Made by a program: the position numbers and the translations under genes. A DNA stretch of 64,000 nucleotides. Origin: Tubiluchus corallicola (taxonomy: Eukaryota; Animalia; Priapulida). Under the pieces are notes generated by a model that saw only the letters and a list, made by a program, of their open reading frames with translations, made no database searches and was not told where the DNA came from. Location: assembly GCA_030141605.1 (NCBI GenBank), contig JAQGDQ010000111.1, positions 372,001 through 436,000 of the forward strand, read 5' to 3'. Of this stretch, positions 1 through 30,546 are shown piece after piece (position 1 is the first letter of the stretch; each line of letters begins with the position of its first letter).

Positions 1-312
1 CCGGTATATCTTACTTTTGGGTAATCATTTGATTTGAAGAAACTGCTTGGGGTCATTCTTCTCCAGAGAGACTAAAATGTGACTATTTTGCTTTATGGTT
101 AATCCTGGGGTGCTCTAGATACGATTACAATGGACAAGATTAATTTTCAAAGGTAGTTATTTAACACAGGATGACCAGCATGACACGAAACACTCAACTA
201 CAAGAAAAGACCTCGGCAATACACCAGCTGGCAGTTAAATTCATGGCTTCTTTACTTATCAATAGGTAATAGTGTTCCCTCATATATGTATGAAATTATG
301 TTTATAATTTTA

Positions 313-390
313 ATAATAATAATAATGATGATGATAATAATAATAATAATAATAATAACAATAATAATAATAGTAATAATAATAATAATA

Positions 391-421
<31 letters not shown>

Positions 422-441
422 TAGTAATAATAATAATAGTA

Positions 442-516
<75 letters not shown>

Positions 517-519
517 GTA

Positions 520-590
<71 letters not shown>

Positions 591-652
591 AATAATAGTA
601 ATAATAATAATAATAATAGTAATAATAATAGCAATAATAATAATAATAATAG
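313..652. repeat. (AAT)n/(AAC)n trinucleotide microsatellite
   Basis: Direct reading; explains the poly-Ile and poly-Leu ORFs. Confidence 0.97.
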
Positions 653-1131
653 TACCTATATGTGCTTCAGTTTGTATGTTATCGACAGAAGATGGTAATG
701 GAAAAAACAAGTTAAAATGGTATCCCAAACAGTAAATAATTAATTTTTAATTTTTTACAATTAATCTTTATATTAGTCATTGAGGTAGCCTTGGCAAAAT
801 ATGGTGGCATCGACATGCCAGTCTCCTCCGTCAAATTTTGATTGTAATAATAAATACTCTTACAATATTCATGCGGGCTTTTTACAATGATCCCATTACT
901 TATATGTTATATAGTATAAATACGTAAATGTCAAACTTAAAAACGTTTTATATTTTACTAAACACAATATTTAATTTAAAAAAATTGTAAAAAAGGACTC
1001 CCACAAGGAAAGTTGAAACATCAGCCTATGATTAAATATTTAATTATGATTAACATATGATTAAAATAACAAAAATGCAAAGGCTTTTCCACCTGGTTGC
1101 ATTATAAGTATTTGCTACTAGAATTCCATAC

Positions 1132-18073
<16,942 letters not shown>

Positions 18074-20200
18074 TTCAGAATGTCGTGCATCTGCAATGAA
18101 AATACATTGACTTATTCACTATAGTCATTTATTTAATACGTTAAAAAACTGAACATGTGAAAGAATTATCACAAAGCAAAAAGTTTTAATTTTAGAAAAA
18201 TTTGGGTGAGTATCGCTTACAGTGACATGTGAATCACACTTAAAATAAAACCACATGAAATCTATAATGATCAATCGGTTAATGTTCTGCTTATAACAAC
18301 AAAATGAAACGCTTATGTAAACAGCATAATAAATGTAATTCATAGTAAACACATTAAGCTCAAAATATTATCCACCGTGTAAAACAATAATGATATCGTG
18401 CCCAAATGCTTAAGCAGACTAAATGCATTCTCTACTCCTGCACAAGTAGCTTAATATTAATTTTATGTTTAGCACTTACATAAGTCTTGTATTGAGTAAT
18501 ACACCTTTTCAGCACGTTGAACAGTCAGTCAAAAAGCTGATATCTTGGTCTTCTATATTCCACACAAGGTGACCTACAACTTTTTCCAGCTGTTTTATAC
18601 ATTACATTCTACATATAACCAAGGTGGTTTAAAAGTAAAATAACTACTAAAAACACATTCAAATTTCCAAAATTGGAAAAGCAGATCAAAGTCACCTCTT
18701 GTCGGAAAAGTGATATTTAATTGCTTGCAGTTAAACAGTAAACTATAGGACGACCTCAAAGTTCTTAGCTAACACATGTAAATTTCAGTCTCAATAATTT
18801 TCAATGTCAAGCAATGCTTACAATAAACTTAACAACTGACATAAAAACTCCTGTGAGTTTAGTTTTATAAATGCATGAGGTAAAACGACGTATAGCCTGA
18901 TGACAGTATAGTTTGTCTTTGCTGGATATGCTGTACAGAATAACATACACTGACTATGTGGTATTATTAAAGGCTTTATGCCATGTATGGGTCTCCCAGC
19001 CCACATCAGTATGGTAAATGATAAATACAATTACAATGCTTCCAAATTGTGATATGGGTTGCGTATAAAATAAAGGTAAAAAAAAAATTAAAAAAGCTCA
19101 TACCACATATGCGGTCCATGTTTCCTGAGACCAAAGGTCGAGAAAGATAAAAGGAAAAGGTACAAGAAAAACATTAATTTTATTTGATGTTAGAAAAGCA
19201 ACCTAATTCACCATGTCTGCAGCTCTGAAATTTGGGGTTTCTAACTTTCTAGGCTAAGTATATGTTATATAGCAGTAATGAGTGCTTCCAAAAATTTCAG
19301 TTCATTCTCTTTTATTTTCGTATAACTCACAGAACCAACACTACGCACAATTACTCAAAAAGGTATTGGTTTGGTAAAGCAGAGTTGCCAGAGTTGCCAT
19401 ACATAGATTATAATAATATACTGCACTAAAGCCATTTTTAAGGCAACCCCATCTACTTTTCAATGGAATGCCTCTAAACAAAACGATTGCAGATTAGCAG
19501 ACCGGCCCGATTGCCTTGATTTAACCTTAATTTTTGTAGGTGATATGCGAACTTTAACTACATGCTTAGTGAAAAAGAAGAGAAGAATGAACAACACAAA
19601 ATACTTGATTTATCAATAAAAATTGAGTCTTCCTCAGTGTCTCTGTAGTTCGTTCAAACATACACAGGCTCTAATTTGAGGATGCATCCCTCTGCAGGAC
19701 TGAAGGTTTCTCCCCACAACCCTCTCACAAGTTTTCTTCTTTAACTACAAAATAAAATAGACGGCCAAGTCGAATGCGTACAAAATTCAAACATTAAAAG
19801 GAAACCATCAGGATATCAAAATGTAAAACCTGAAGCCGTTCAGTAACTCGCATTCTGATTCGCTGGGTCAAATAAAACCAAATCCGGCCAATCAGCACTT
19901 TGGAGTTTGGTCAGTGGCTGAATAATGGTCAAAGTTGTCTGTTGGCACTTTTAACAGATGATGATAAATAATTCCAGACAATAGCACCTTGCTTTAAATA
20001 TAATAAAATTGGCATTTTGTACATTTGAAGGAAGCTTGTTTGCATTAAACCACTCTGGCCATTTGTTAACTCAGTGTTCTGTTAGCTTTTGTATTACATA
20101 GTTTCGTGACATTATTTTTTGCATATGTTCATGTGATAGACTTAAGTTAGCATTGTCAGAAATGATAACAAGAAACAATTCTTTTGAAAAATGTGCCAAG

Positions 20201-20345
20201 TCATTTATATGCAGTCAAAAACAATAGTGGGCTTAATATTGATCCTTGTGGCACTCCACACAGTACATTAAAACTTTCAGATATGGTATTATTATATACC
20301 ACATACTGTTCTCTATCAGATAAATAATTTTTTATCCAGTCTTCG
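20201..20345 (-). mobile_element. LINE reverse-transcriptase fragment
   Basis: WIKNYLSDREQYV...GVPQGSILSPLLFL is the conserved non-LTR RT motif; short and isolated. Confidence 0.88.
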
Positions 20346-21112
20346 CACGTTTCACTAATTAAGAGTAAAATAACTAATGGAAGCACCTTCGAATTTTCAG
20401 CTTGATAAAGCAGATCAGAGTCATTCCTTTTTGCAATTGCAAGTTACCAAAGTTGTAAAAAATTGTGTAAACATGATGCCTACCAGTCTACCAATCTTTG
20501 TTTAGGTTTTCATGAATGCTAACAGTAAATATATTCATTAGTTTAATCAAGAAAACCTGAATTATCGTCATACTAAATCAAAATAAGGCTGTATTGAATT
20601 TATATAGGCACAATACTCTAAATCTGTTTTTCAGCCTGTACTTTTGAGTCTGTTCAATTTGTGTTAGGTTCGTGCCTTTTCGACAAATTTACATGTCAAG
20701 AACCAGTTTTAACACTGATCAGCAAACAGTTTGGGCAAGCAGTAAAATAAAAAATAAGTTAATTTAGTAAAACTGCAATCTTAGTCCAAAAGCATTGTTT
20801 AATAATCATTCACGTGTTGAGTTATAAAATAAATTATAAGACTCTATCTTATTTTCATGATTATAAGGGGGCTTCTTCATCACTGCGAATACAAATTTTC
20901 TCACTTAGTTAAATAAAGGAACTATTTTTGAACTGTTCTGAGACTGTTCATCATAATTTGTAATGTTTATCAAAATATTCACATTTTCGGCCATATTTTC
21001 AAATTTATGTAAGACAGCTTTCATTCCTAACAATGCACTTTCTTGTGAGTGATTAAATTACTCAGTTGCTCATATATGTTTATCAAAAAGCTCACACTTG
21101 TATGGCCCTTCT

Positions 21113-21958
21113 TCAATGGGTACGTTTCATATGAGTTTTCATATGCCCCACCTGGGAAAACCGCTTGTGACATATGTAACACTCGTGAGGTTTTTCACCA
21201 CTGTGAGTGCGTGTGTGACGTTTGAGAGCACCACTTTCAATAAATCTCTTATAGCAATCATTACACTTGTAAGGTTTTATGCCAGTGTGAATGCACTCAT
21301 GTCGTTTTCGGTTATAAATGTTTCGGAACTTTTTCCCACAGAATTTGCACAGAAAAGGTGGCTTGTCTTTCAGCAAATGTGCTTCACCACAAGGATCTAC
21401 CTGTTCACTCTTAACTTTGCAATAGGATCTTTCCATTAACGTCTCCTCGTTGTGTTCAGTGTGTAGTCTACTTAATTTTGTACTAGTTTCAGCAATCTGA
21501 GGCATCACTTGCTGAGCACTAGCCACATTATTAACTCTTCGTTCGAAAGCAGAATAACCAGTCTGTGTATCAATGGCTTGGGCAGTAAGACTTGTCATCC
21601 ATTCTAGCATGTTTTCAGCCTCTACTGCTGTGCTGTCACTCATACATTCAGTTTTTGTTGTAAAATTGAAAGAGAAGCAATCTGTGACTACATTGTCATC
21701 ACCACCATTGTCACTAACACCAAAATCACTGCTGGCACAGTCGCCGCTAGTCTGACAGCTGGAGAACTCAGATTTTACACAATTAGTTATATCAGCCACA
21801 TCTTCGTGAAATGCATTCTCCGAATCCATGTTATAGCCTCTGCTAATAAGTACTTTGCAGTGAAAGTCTCTTGCATGAGTTAAGAAATTGCACTCATTCA
21901 TGAAGTGTGCAGAACACACAGTGCATTTATAATAACAAAATGTCTGATTATCCCCCAT
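21113..21958 (-). CDS. C2H2 zinc-finger protein (isolated N-terminal finger plus 3 linked C-terminal fingers), 281 aa
   Basis: ATG-to-stop ORF; CxxC..H..H fingers with TGIKP and SGEKP linkers; splice acceptor tgtttag near 21997 just upstream of the ATG. Confidence 0.93.
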   Translation of the reverse strand: MGDNQTFCYYKCTVCSAHFMNECNFLTHARDFHCKVLISRGYNMDSENAFHEDVADITNCVKSEFSSCQTSGDCASSDFGVSDNGGDDNVVTDCFSFNFTTKTECMSDSTAVEAENMLEWMTSLTAQAIDTQTGYSAFERRVNNVASAQQVMPQIAETSTKLSRLHTEHNEETLMERSYCKVKSEQVDPCGEAHLLKDKPPFLCKFCGKKFRNIYNRKRHECIHTGIKPYKCNDCYKRFIESGALKRHTRTHSGEKPHECYICHKRFSQVGHMKTHMKRTH

Positions 21959-24900
21959 TTTGAAAATTTGGTGCTGTTAACTTCAGTCCAAATAACCTAA
22001 ACAAACAAATGGTATATGCAGTATGATAGAAACACGCTTAGAAGAAACATCAGTAACATTTGTATCATGCGCTCAAACTTATTATTTTCCTGAGAAATTT
22101 AATGTTTTACCTGGACAGAAAATTCTGCTTAAAATGTTACCAAATATTAAATTAGCCATATTTTCTGTACTTCAGGGTTTTGAAAGGACCCGAACTTAAG
22201 CAGCAATTTTCTTCTTGTAGTTGAATCAATTAATTCATCAGTTGAATAAACTGCAGCTGAATAATTAACTGTTACTAGCCAAACCCTACAAAAGAATTTT
22301 GTGCCTTAAGACCCACAATAGCCCACACCACATCACCCATGGATACTACACCACACATCCCATAACAATGCAAAGACAACGGCCACGCTCCAAATAGGGT
22401 GCAACACTGGGGTGGGTGTCGAAAAAACTTCGAAATACATAGTTCACGTTTTTTCTAGTGGACATCTCTCATCTAGTAGAAGGTTTCTTCCTGTTGCAAT
22501 TTTGCACAAAGCTTGGATGGATTGGTTTTGGAAAATGCCTTTTATAGGAGGGCCAGGCCTCCAGTGAAATCTAAGTAGCTCTTCTAACACACTGATAAAC
22601 AGGCTATACAGCCATTATCAGTACTACACCTTTTTCTCTATCTTTAAAAAATAAGAAGTACAATTTTTGCGAAAAACGAGCAAAATGGCCCGCAGGTCCT
22701 CCAGTCACCCGAAAATAAGTCTCCAAGAGACCACACTAGCTAGACACCTTTTGTCTGATATATAGATCGCCGTAAATGGCACAGTTATTGTATTGAACCT
22801 GTAGCACAGTGGATACATAATCATACATAAATATATACATATATGTTATGTAATATATAGCTACACAAACATATACACATAATATTTTTATGTTACATAT
22901 TATAAAGAAGAAATATGAAACGTATGCATGTACGTATACTGATGTATACTGGTTGTGTAGAATATACATGCCACTACATGCTACAGAATTAATTTTGGCT
23001 GGAGTTGGCCACTAAGAATAAATGGAGAAGAATATTGTTCTGTAGATAATAGGCATATTGACTGTCATCCGCCATGCAATCAATTAATTAAGAGCTATAT
23101 GTGTGCTTGCAAACCAAAATCGTTTATAAGCTGGCATAACTAAAACTACGTTATGATGTTTCAATCAAAGTAGAATGCACCAAAATTTGGCCAAATGTCA
23201 ATTTTTGTTTTTTTCAAAAACAAATGCTAAAAAATATATTAGACTTTTCTATTCTAGCATCAAAATATCAAAAAAATGTTCAAAAAAATACTAAAATTAT
23301 CTAATTTTATAACTCCATACCCACTTTTCTAGCTAGAAACTAGTAATGCAATTGTAAAAATATTGTATTTCAAACACCAATTGTAGCTCATGGAAGCAGT
23401 CATTTTACTTCAGGTTCTTTTTTGTTGCCAAACCCAGATCTTCGTCAGGAAGAGCCTTCTATTTAAACATACCTGCAATGCAAAGTACATAGCAATCAAA
23501 ATTTGTGCGTTTGTTGTTTTGTGGAAATGCGAAAAAACAATGGCTAATTTTAGCAGCGATTTTCTCAATGTTATGTTTTTCAGCACGTAGCGTGCACTCA
23601 GCTTCAATGAGAATTATCTAAGCTTAACAAGTAAGAAACACAGAGATGAACTTGGTATCAAAATGATCCTCATAAAATGGAGATTCAGGATACGTGAATA
23701 ACTAGAAAAGCTTAATTGTTGACTTACGGACGATTTTCTATGCAAGTACACATACAGCAAGCCGCCCCTGGCAAAATATGCACACTCCAAATGACCAAAT
23801 TTAATGCTAAAGAAGCCTACTAACTCTATTCTTGATATTTGAATTACAATAGCAAATACTCCATTGTGTACTTTATTAATAACGTCTTTCAATCGTTGGC
23901 TGTTTAACCACTTCAACGGTTAGAAACCAAAAATTCACAAATTGGCAATTTTTCTAGTAAAGCATGATAACAACTTGTTGTTGCCAATGACGGTAATCTT
24001 TTATGACGGCGAGTAGCTGCTGAGATTTAAAGTGAATGATTCTCTACTGTTGCGAAGCCTACAATTGCACAATAAACGTGCACGTACCGCACTAGGTATC
24101 CCACAGAAATAATGAACTGCTAATCGGCTATAAATATAAGCTTAAGCTGTTAAACATTGCTGACGTGTGCATAAACATTTTTATTAATCTCCTTGCCCTG
24201 CGTCAGCATCATTAAAAGAAAAATTATAGACTCATCCATAAGGACTTTACAGTCAAAACTTTGCCAAAAAGCAACCAAACTTTGTGGGTCACAGTCAAAA
24301 ACTTGAGACATTAAAACTTTTAATTAGACATTGTTGCATTAAATAGTTTAAGCCACTGTGGTAAAATTTTTTAAATAAATCAAATCAATGCAATTGAACA
24401 GAGAATTAAGTCATGATTGATTTTGAATCAATTTTAGTTGTATAACACTTTTTCTTTTTGCCAAGGCTATTTCACATTTTCATAAGTAAAAGACTGCCTC
24501 CTCAGCTTAGTATATCAGCTATTACATAACACACCATAATTATTACAGCTCGTCTGTTGTAAAACATTGCCAGTCACATTAATTTGTTCAGTTCTTTTCC
24601 TTGTTCATCAAAAGAGAGGATTCTAGAAACTTCAAGCAAATTGAAAATAAATCACTAACCAAAGATTACAGCAAGTTAGCAATTTTTCTTTTGTTATTTA
24701 CAGAAGAAATGCGTGTTGATACCGATTACCAACAGCTATCTGTGGAGCAAAATGACTTGCAAATAAAAATGGATTAACAAAATGTATAAAGGAACCGAAA
24801 TCTTGTTCACAGCTTACACCAAGTATGAAAAGTACAATTATAACAATTTACAAGAACTTTTAGGAATATTTTTTAATATTTGATACCATAGTAAAATAGT

Positions 24901-26137
24901 TGTAGTATAGTTAACCAATCAAATAGTATCCCTAAATAAAAACTAAAATGAAGACAAAAATTTCACTTGATCAGTTAAACAAAAAAGTTACTTTCTTTTG
25001 GCCAAATGTGAACTGTCCAACATGTCAGCATGTTGATCAGTTGTACATCCATGTAAAGTAAAGCCTTTATTGTTATTATTATTATCATCACTATTATTAT
25101 TACTATTCCTATTGTTACTACATTATTATGAATAGTTGTTCTATGAGGTCTATGGACCAGGATCATAACAAATTATTTTCATAATAGCAGTATTGCTATA
25201 GTCCAGAAAGTTTGTACATGTACCAGTAAAAAGAAAAAATACAAAACTAAAATAAGCTTTAAAACAAAAGACGAGTTCCAGTAAAAAAAAGAAAAATAAA
25301 AATATTTACACTAAGCAATTATGAACAAGAATCCTAGCACAAAATCTTAGTCAAAAATAACCAGGTAAATAAATTATATAGCTTAATGCATGATATGATT
25401 TAAACCTATAAATTCACCAAGATGTTTAAATCCAAGAAAAAACACTTAAAAGAACAGCATAATAGTTATATCCAATTAGAGTTTCACTGCACGATGCACA
25501 ATCCATAATATGTGATGCAAATTGACTGTTTTACGTCTCCATAAATGCTACGCACATTAACACGGCTAAAGATGTTCTTTCCGCCAGTTTTCACTGCTTC
25601 CATAATAATTTTTAAGAGCCAGTCTATTGTCGAAATTTAATCACAAATTTAATCGAGACAAAATCATCCCAAATAGTAGCATCAGCTTACTGTTGCATTA
25701 TATCGAAAAAAGAACAGGTTTTGCGTGCATCTTTATTGAGAACAGCGATTGTTGCAACAGCAAGAACACTATAAAGCATGTCACTCACTGAACATGATCA
25801 CCAAAAACTGAAAGACTTGGCAAAAAAAGTGCTAAAACCACCTAGATAATGTCGGCTTCTGGTCTCTGCATTGCTGCATAATCCGTATCGTATTTGGATA
25901 ACAGCGATCACTTTCCAGGAATACTGATCACTCATTATGCATTATGTACACATGAAAACATTTCCACGTACTTGAACACAAACTGAAGTACATGGAGTCC
26001 TAACTTTACTCTATGCAAGTTAAGAAACAGGTTAGCCACGCAAGCAGAGCTATAGAGCCAATCGAAACAGTAATGTTGTACACTAAGAACTTATGATAAT
26101 TCTCACATAGAACGTCAAACATTGCAAATTGAGCAAC

Positions 26138-27247
26138 TCAGGTCACTTTAGTATTTTGTGATTCTTGCAGAGATCGGGAACAGGACTTTTCATGTAGCAA
26201 ACAGGTATCGAATAACGTAAAAGGTTTTTGACAATACCTGCAGTTGAACAACTTCACACCTGAATGAATTCTCATATGTCGACTTAGGTCACCCGCTTGC
26301 GCGTATCTCTTCTGACATGCCATACACTGATAAGGTTTTTCATGAGTATGACTCCGCATATGCCGTTTCAGGTCGGACGACTGCAAAAATGATTTACTGC
26401 ATACCTGACACTTATATGGTTTGAACCCTGTGTGAATTTGCTCGTGGCGTCTATGCCGATACAAAGACGGAAATGGTTTTTGGCACCAACGGCAAAGGTA
26501 GAAAGGTTCGAGTTTACCTGTCGCGTTAATAGATTTTAGATGACCTATTTTCTGTTTATCAGCTGATCTTTTAACCTTGGATTGCTGCTTGCTTTTGCAG
26601 TTAGTAATGGCTTCTATTGGCTGAGCCTGATAAACGAAAGAAGATGTCATACCTGATACGGGTAAATCTAAAAGTCGTTCAGAACTGCTGACAGATGGCA
26701 ATTCTGAAGAATCATCATTTGCTAAAGAATTCGACATGCCATTACCAGGAAGATACGTGACAAAAGAGTTACGGAACTGAAATTCATCACCGTTCTTAGA
26801 TTTGGAGGAATTTTTGCTGCAGAAATCATTTGCACCGCCATTGCACACCTCACTGTGCAATAAGTTTGTACAGTTATGTTTAGACACACTGCTGTCCTCA
26901 GACTTAAGCTCACTCAATCTTTCATTACCAACAGACAAAGAATGTGGGTCAAGGTGGTTATGCTTCTCCTCAAACACCAAAGTTCCACTTTCTTTACCAA
27001 TTGTTATGCCCTTTGGTAAAAAATCCTGCATGGAGTTGCTGTTCGACTCAGTTACACACAAAACATTGCCAGCATTAAGCACCGATCTTTGTTCAGTGAC
27101 TTCAGTGCACTGGCCAGAATTAAGCAATATTTTACAGTGCCAAGTACGTGAGTGAGCAAAGAACACCTCTTCAGTCATGAAACATTCAGAGCAAGAGGTA
27201 CACTTGAAGTAGACAGCAGATTCTGTTTCTGCACTGTATTCTTCCAT
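26138..27247 (-). CDS. C2H2 zinc-finger protein (isolated N-terminal finger, 3 C2H2 fingers and a terminal C2HC finger), paralogue of 21113-21958
   Basis: First ATG at 27247 (MEEYSAE); the track's start at 27268 is a TTG inside the splice-acceptor tract. Linkers TGFKP, THEKP, SGVKL. Confidence 0.92.
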   Translation of the reverse strand: MEEYSAETESAVYFKCTSCSECFMTEEVFFAHSRTWHCKILLNSGQCTEVTEQRSVLNAGNVLCVTESNSNSMQDFLPKGITIGKESGTLVFEEKHNHLDPHSLSVGNERLSELKSEDSSVSKHNCTNLLHSEVCNGGANDFCSKNSSKSKNGDEFQFRNSFVTYLPGNGMSNSLANDDSSELPSVSSSERLLDLPVSGMTSSFVYQAQPIEAITNCKSKQQSKVKRSADKQKIGHLKSINATGKLEPFYLCRWCQKPFPSLYRHRRHEQIHTGFKPYKCQVCSKSFLQSSDLKRHMRSHTHEKPYQCMACQKRYAQAGDLSRHMRIHSGVKLFNCRYCQKPFTLFDTCLLHEKSCSRSLQESQNTKVT

Positions 27248-27623
27248 CTGAAGTTTAACACTAAACAAAAGAATAAAAAATAAAGCATCATAGTAGGTAC
27301 TAGATGTTTTTATAAAACAATGCGTTTGTTGATTTTTTAGGTTACTTGCTTGTGAATAACTCCAAAGAGTCGTTCATTTTGCGGTGATGTAGTTCTCGTA
27401 TTCATTCATTAACATAGAACTTTGCCATTTACTCTTTGTGAGGCAAACAATGCATACTAAATTTCCATCAAAACTTGGACCCATGGCAACCATTGATGCA
27501 TTTCTATAGTCTGTTTATAGCTAAATTATTACTATTACTTCTGCCATGTCTTCTTGGTTGTCATTCCCTAGAGTGTGGGCACTAGGCATTCGTTTTTGGA
27601 AAAATTTAATTCCATGTGAGATA

Positions 27624-28604
27624 CAGTGGCGTCGTGCTATAGCCCCCCCAATTGTTTAGAAAATGTCAAAATGGCAAACGGTAAGCAAATTTATTTCCGA
27701 CTTTTTGACACACAATAGCGGGCCAGCACTCCATAAATGCGAACAGTATGAGCGTTTCGGTACAGTAGCCCAATAATATTTTTTATCATTAAAGTTTGTC
27801 GCGGAGTTAAATTATTCTGACTGTTAATACATGCCTGACCAGATGTGTTTACCTGAAAGTCAGTATGTAGTTAATTTGTTTGCATGTAATCTATTCAGGA
27901 GGCAGGCAGGAACAGTTAACAAAGCAGCTCGTTGAGTAGCATTAGCGTCTTTGCACAAAAGACTGTTAGTTAACAAAACGGCTCAGTTAGCACTCGAGCT
28001 TCATTCAGCAGTGTGTTATAATAGAGAATAAGTGAAATAATAGAGCAAAAACAATGCAAACATTGAAGTCATGTTGAGCTAGCCTAGTACCAGAGAGTCA
28101 GTTTGTCCAGCTAGCCTAGTACCAGAGAGTCACTTTTTACACTTTAACCTCTTTGCTTTATCTTGGTGTAATACCTGTCATTGCTTTCTACTATACCCCT
28201 ATAGTCATCCTGTAACGTATTCATGTTATGTTGTTGGCTTTGACTGTGTTGCTGAATCATTTAAAAATAACGTTTGTTGTTTGTTCAACATCTTCATCTT
28301 GCCTCGAAAAAAAAAGTTTAGTAATTATTAAAAATATTAAGTTAAAGGTACATATGTTTTCGTAGTCGTCTTTTCGCCGAATCTTTGGATTCCTGGCAGC
28401 TAATAAATACTTAATTAAAATTTAATTTAATTTTTAATTTTAATTAAGTTTCCGTTGCTGTAGCCAGTTGGGAATAAATAAATCGTTTTTCTTGCACGCA
28501 AAATACTGTGTGGGAATTCAAAATTATACGTTTTTTAAACGGTTAAGTTCCGCCATTATATACAGTCGGGCCCCGCTAATTTTTTTTGGTGCACGACGCC
28601 CCTG
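27624..28604. mobile_element. Non-autonomous hAT element
   Basis: TIRs CAGTGGCGTCGTGC / GCACGACGCCCCTG; perfect 8-bp TSD GTGAGATA at 27616-27623 and 28605-28612. Confidence 0.9.
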
Positions 28605-30546
28605 GTGAGATATGACCGATTTTTTGATGGTCAAGTATTGTCTCAATGAGAAAAATTCTTTGAGCACATGATGTCGATAATGGACAATACTGCGTTCAAA
28701 GATGACTGCAATAATTTAATGAGTTTGACAGGGCAAAGCTAAATAGGAGATGACCAGAACGGTGTCTATATATATAGATACCAAAATTACCGTGTACCAA
28801 AAATTCTCAGCAGCAAATTTTCCTTGTACCAAAATTGCTTACATTCACGAAACATACCATTACTACAGAACAGATAAAGTTTCGCTAATTAAGAAACAAT
28901 AATTTAGGTACATTCAACAGGTTAAACGACAGTAAGTTAATATTAAAAACGTATTTAGCTTTCAGCATATGTACAGTTGCATTCTACATCCAGCTGAGCA
29001 GGAACCACCGTTGAATGCTTGCTTCCAGCTTGCAATTAGCCAAACTGTATTATGAAAAACAACACCAGTCTGATAAACATGCACTGAAAATAATATAAAG
29101 TGATTTCTCCCCATGACGCAATCGCATGTACGACAACGCATATGCAATGCCAGACATCTGGTAAATGTAAATTACAGCAGTGGACATAATTATGTCTAGC
29201 TAAGTCTACTTATTATTTTAATTTTAACTCACTGTAGAACTCGTTTGTGTTCTCCGAATTTATCTCTCTTGTGCTAACTTACGGGTATGTAGCGTACGAA
29301 TTAACTTAATTTTGTGAGTGCAACTCAGAAGTCACGCGAGCAACTGATAAATGCAAAACGTGCAAAATTTAAAAACAAAAACATCAACCGCTCACTGCCG
29401 CTGCGATTGTAGTGTATACTGTAGTCCATACCCTTTCGCTAGCAAGACCAGTATTCTTTCAGCTGTTGTATTTTAACAGTTTTATTGCACGTGGTCAACG
29501 AACACAACAGCGCATTTCCAGGTACGATAAATTTTGATTCAACGATTGATAAATCATTACAATCTTAATATAAAAATTATTATTAATGACATTGCACACC
29601 CACAATTAATTATATTTTGATACCAAACTTGAAAGACGAGAAATGTGAAAAAGTTTAACTAAAATAAAAAAATAGTGTCAGATGTTTGGGCAGGGGTGCA
29701 ATTTCAGTGGTGTCCACAGGCGTTATTTTTCTATTTCCCTGCCCGGTATTGAGTTGACGCATTTAAAACGAATAAATTTCGCACTTGCTTATTTTGAATT
29801 TTGTACGACAATGTCCTACTTATTGAGCCATTACTTCCACAGAATATGACAGCAGAAATATGATAGTGAAAATCCTCCCTCGGGTATGCTCAGTGTTGAT
29901 CAATATTGCATAATGCCTGTTATAAAAACTACTGCAGCTACTACAAAAGCATTTGCATTAATTATAATTAAAAAGCTTGTGTAGTAATAAGTAACAAGTT
30001 AACTGTACAAAAGTATCTACTGTCCAGAGTTTTGGCTTAGAAAATTTGAAAATCTGGTATCACGAGCACCAAGGCTATAATTGTGTTTTAATTATTCAGT
30101 TCAATAACGAAACAGTGAAGTACAACTATATACAGGTAAAAGCAATGAAAAAACAAACATTCTTTACTGTGAAGCAACTTACCAAACATATATAGTCAGC
30201 CATTTCTGATACACATTTGACAACTGCCTACTGTCCTTAAGGATACAAAGTATTTGAGAAATGAGTTACATTAAAAGTGCTTCCTCTCTATTTAGTTTTG
30301 CTAGCAATGATAATCTCTTGTGGTAAATGCTGCCAAATTCATTTATTTAAGAAGTTAATTAAGAGAACTTTTTTCAGGCCTGACATCACATTTAACAGGC
30401 TGCAATTGTCAATCAAATGATGTCAAATCAAATGAAATTGACGCAGCTACACAGCCTAGCCACAGCTAAGACTGTTCCAGCATTACTATGCCACACAGCT
30501 TCTGTCTTACTGAGCATTTCTTCAGGTTATCCAGTTTTTCATAGTT

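Noticed and set aside
15-71. Short AG/GT-bounded block on the minus strand as the next pentraxin exon
   Set aside because: In the required phase it reaches a TGA and lacks the expected GG..LIFGQ motif; the true next exon is more probably outside the window.
252-735. Poly-Ile and poly-Leu ORFs of 110-158 aa
   Set aside because: Translations of the (AAT)n microsatellite.
21098-21755. Plus-strand ORFs over the first zinc-finger gene, and similar ORFs overlapping the other long genes
   Set aside because: Antisense or alternate-frame shadows with no recognisable motifs.
24960-25720. Possible decayed LINE 3' end on the minus strand, and a similar stretch at 54960-55300
   Set aside because: Only faint resemblance; no motif I could read with confidence.
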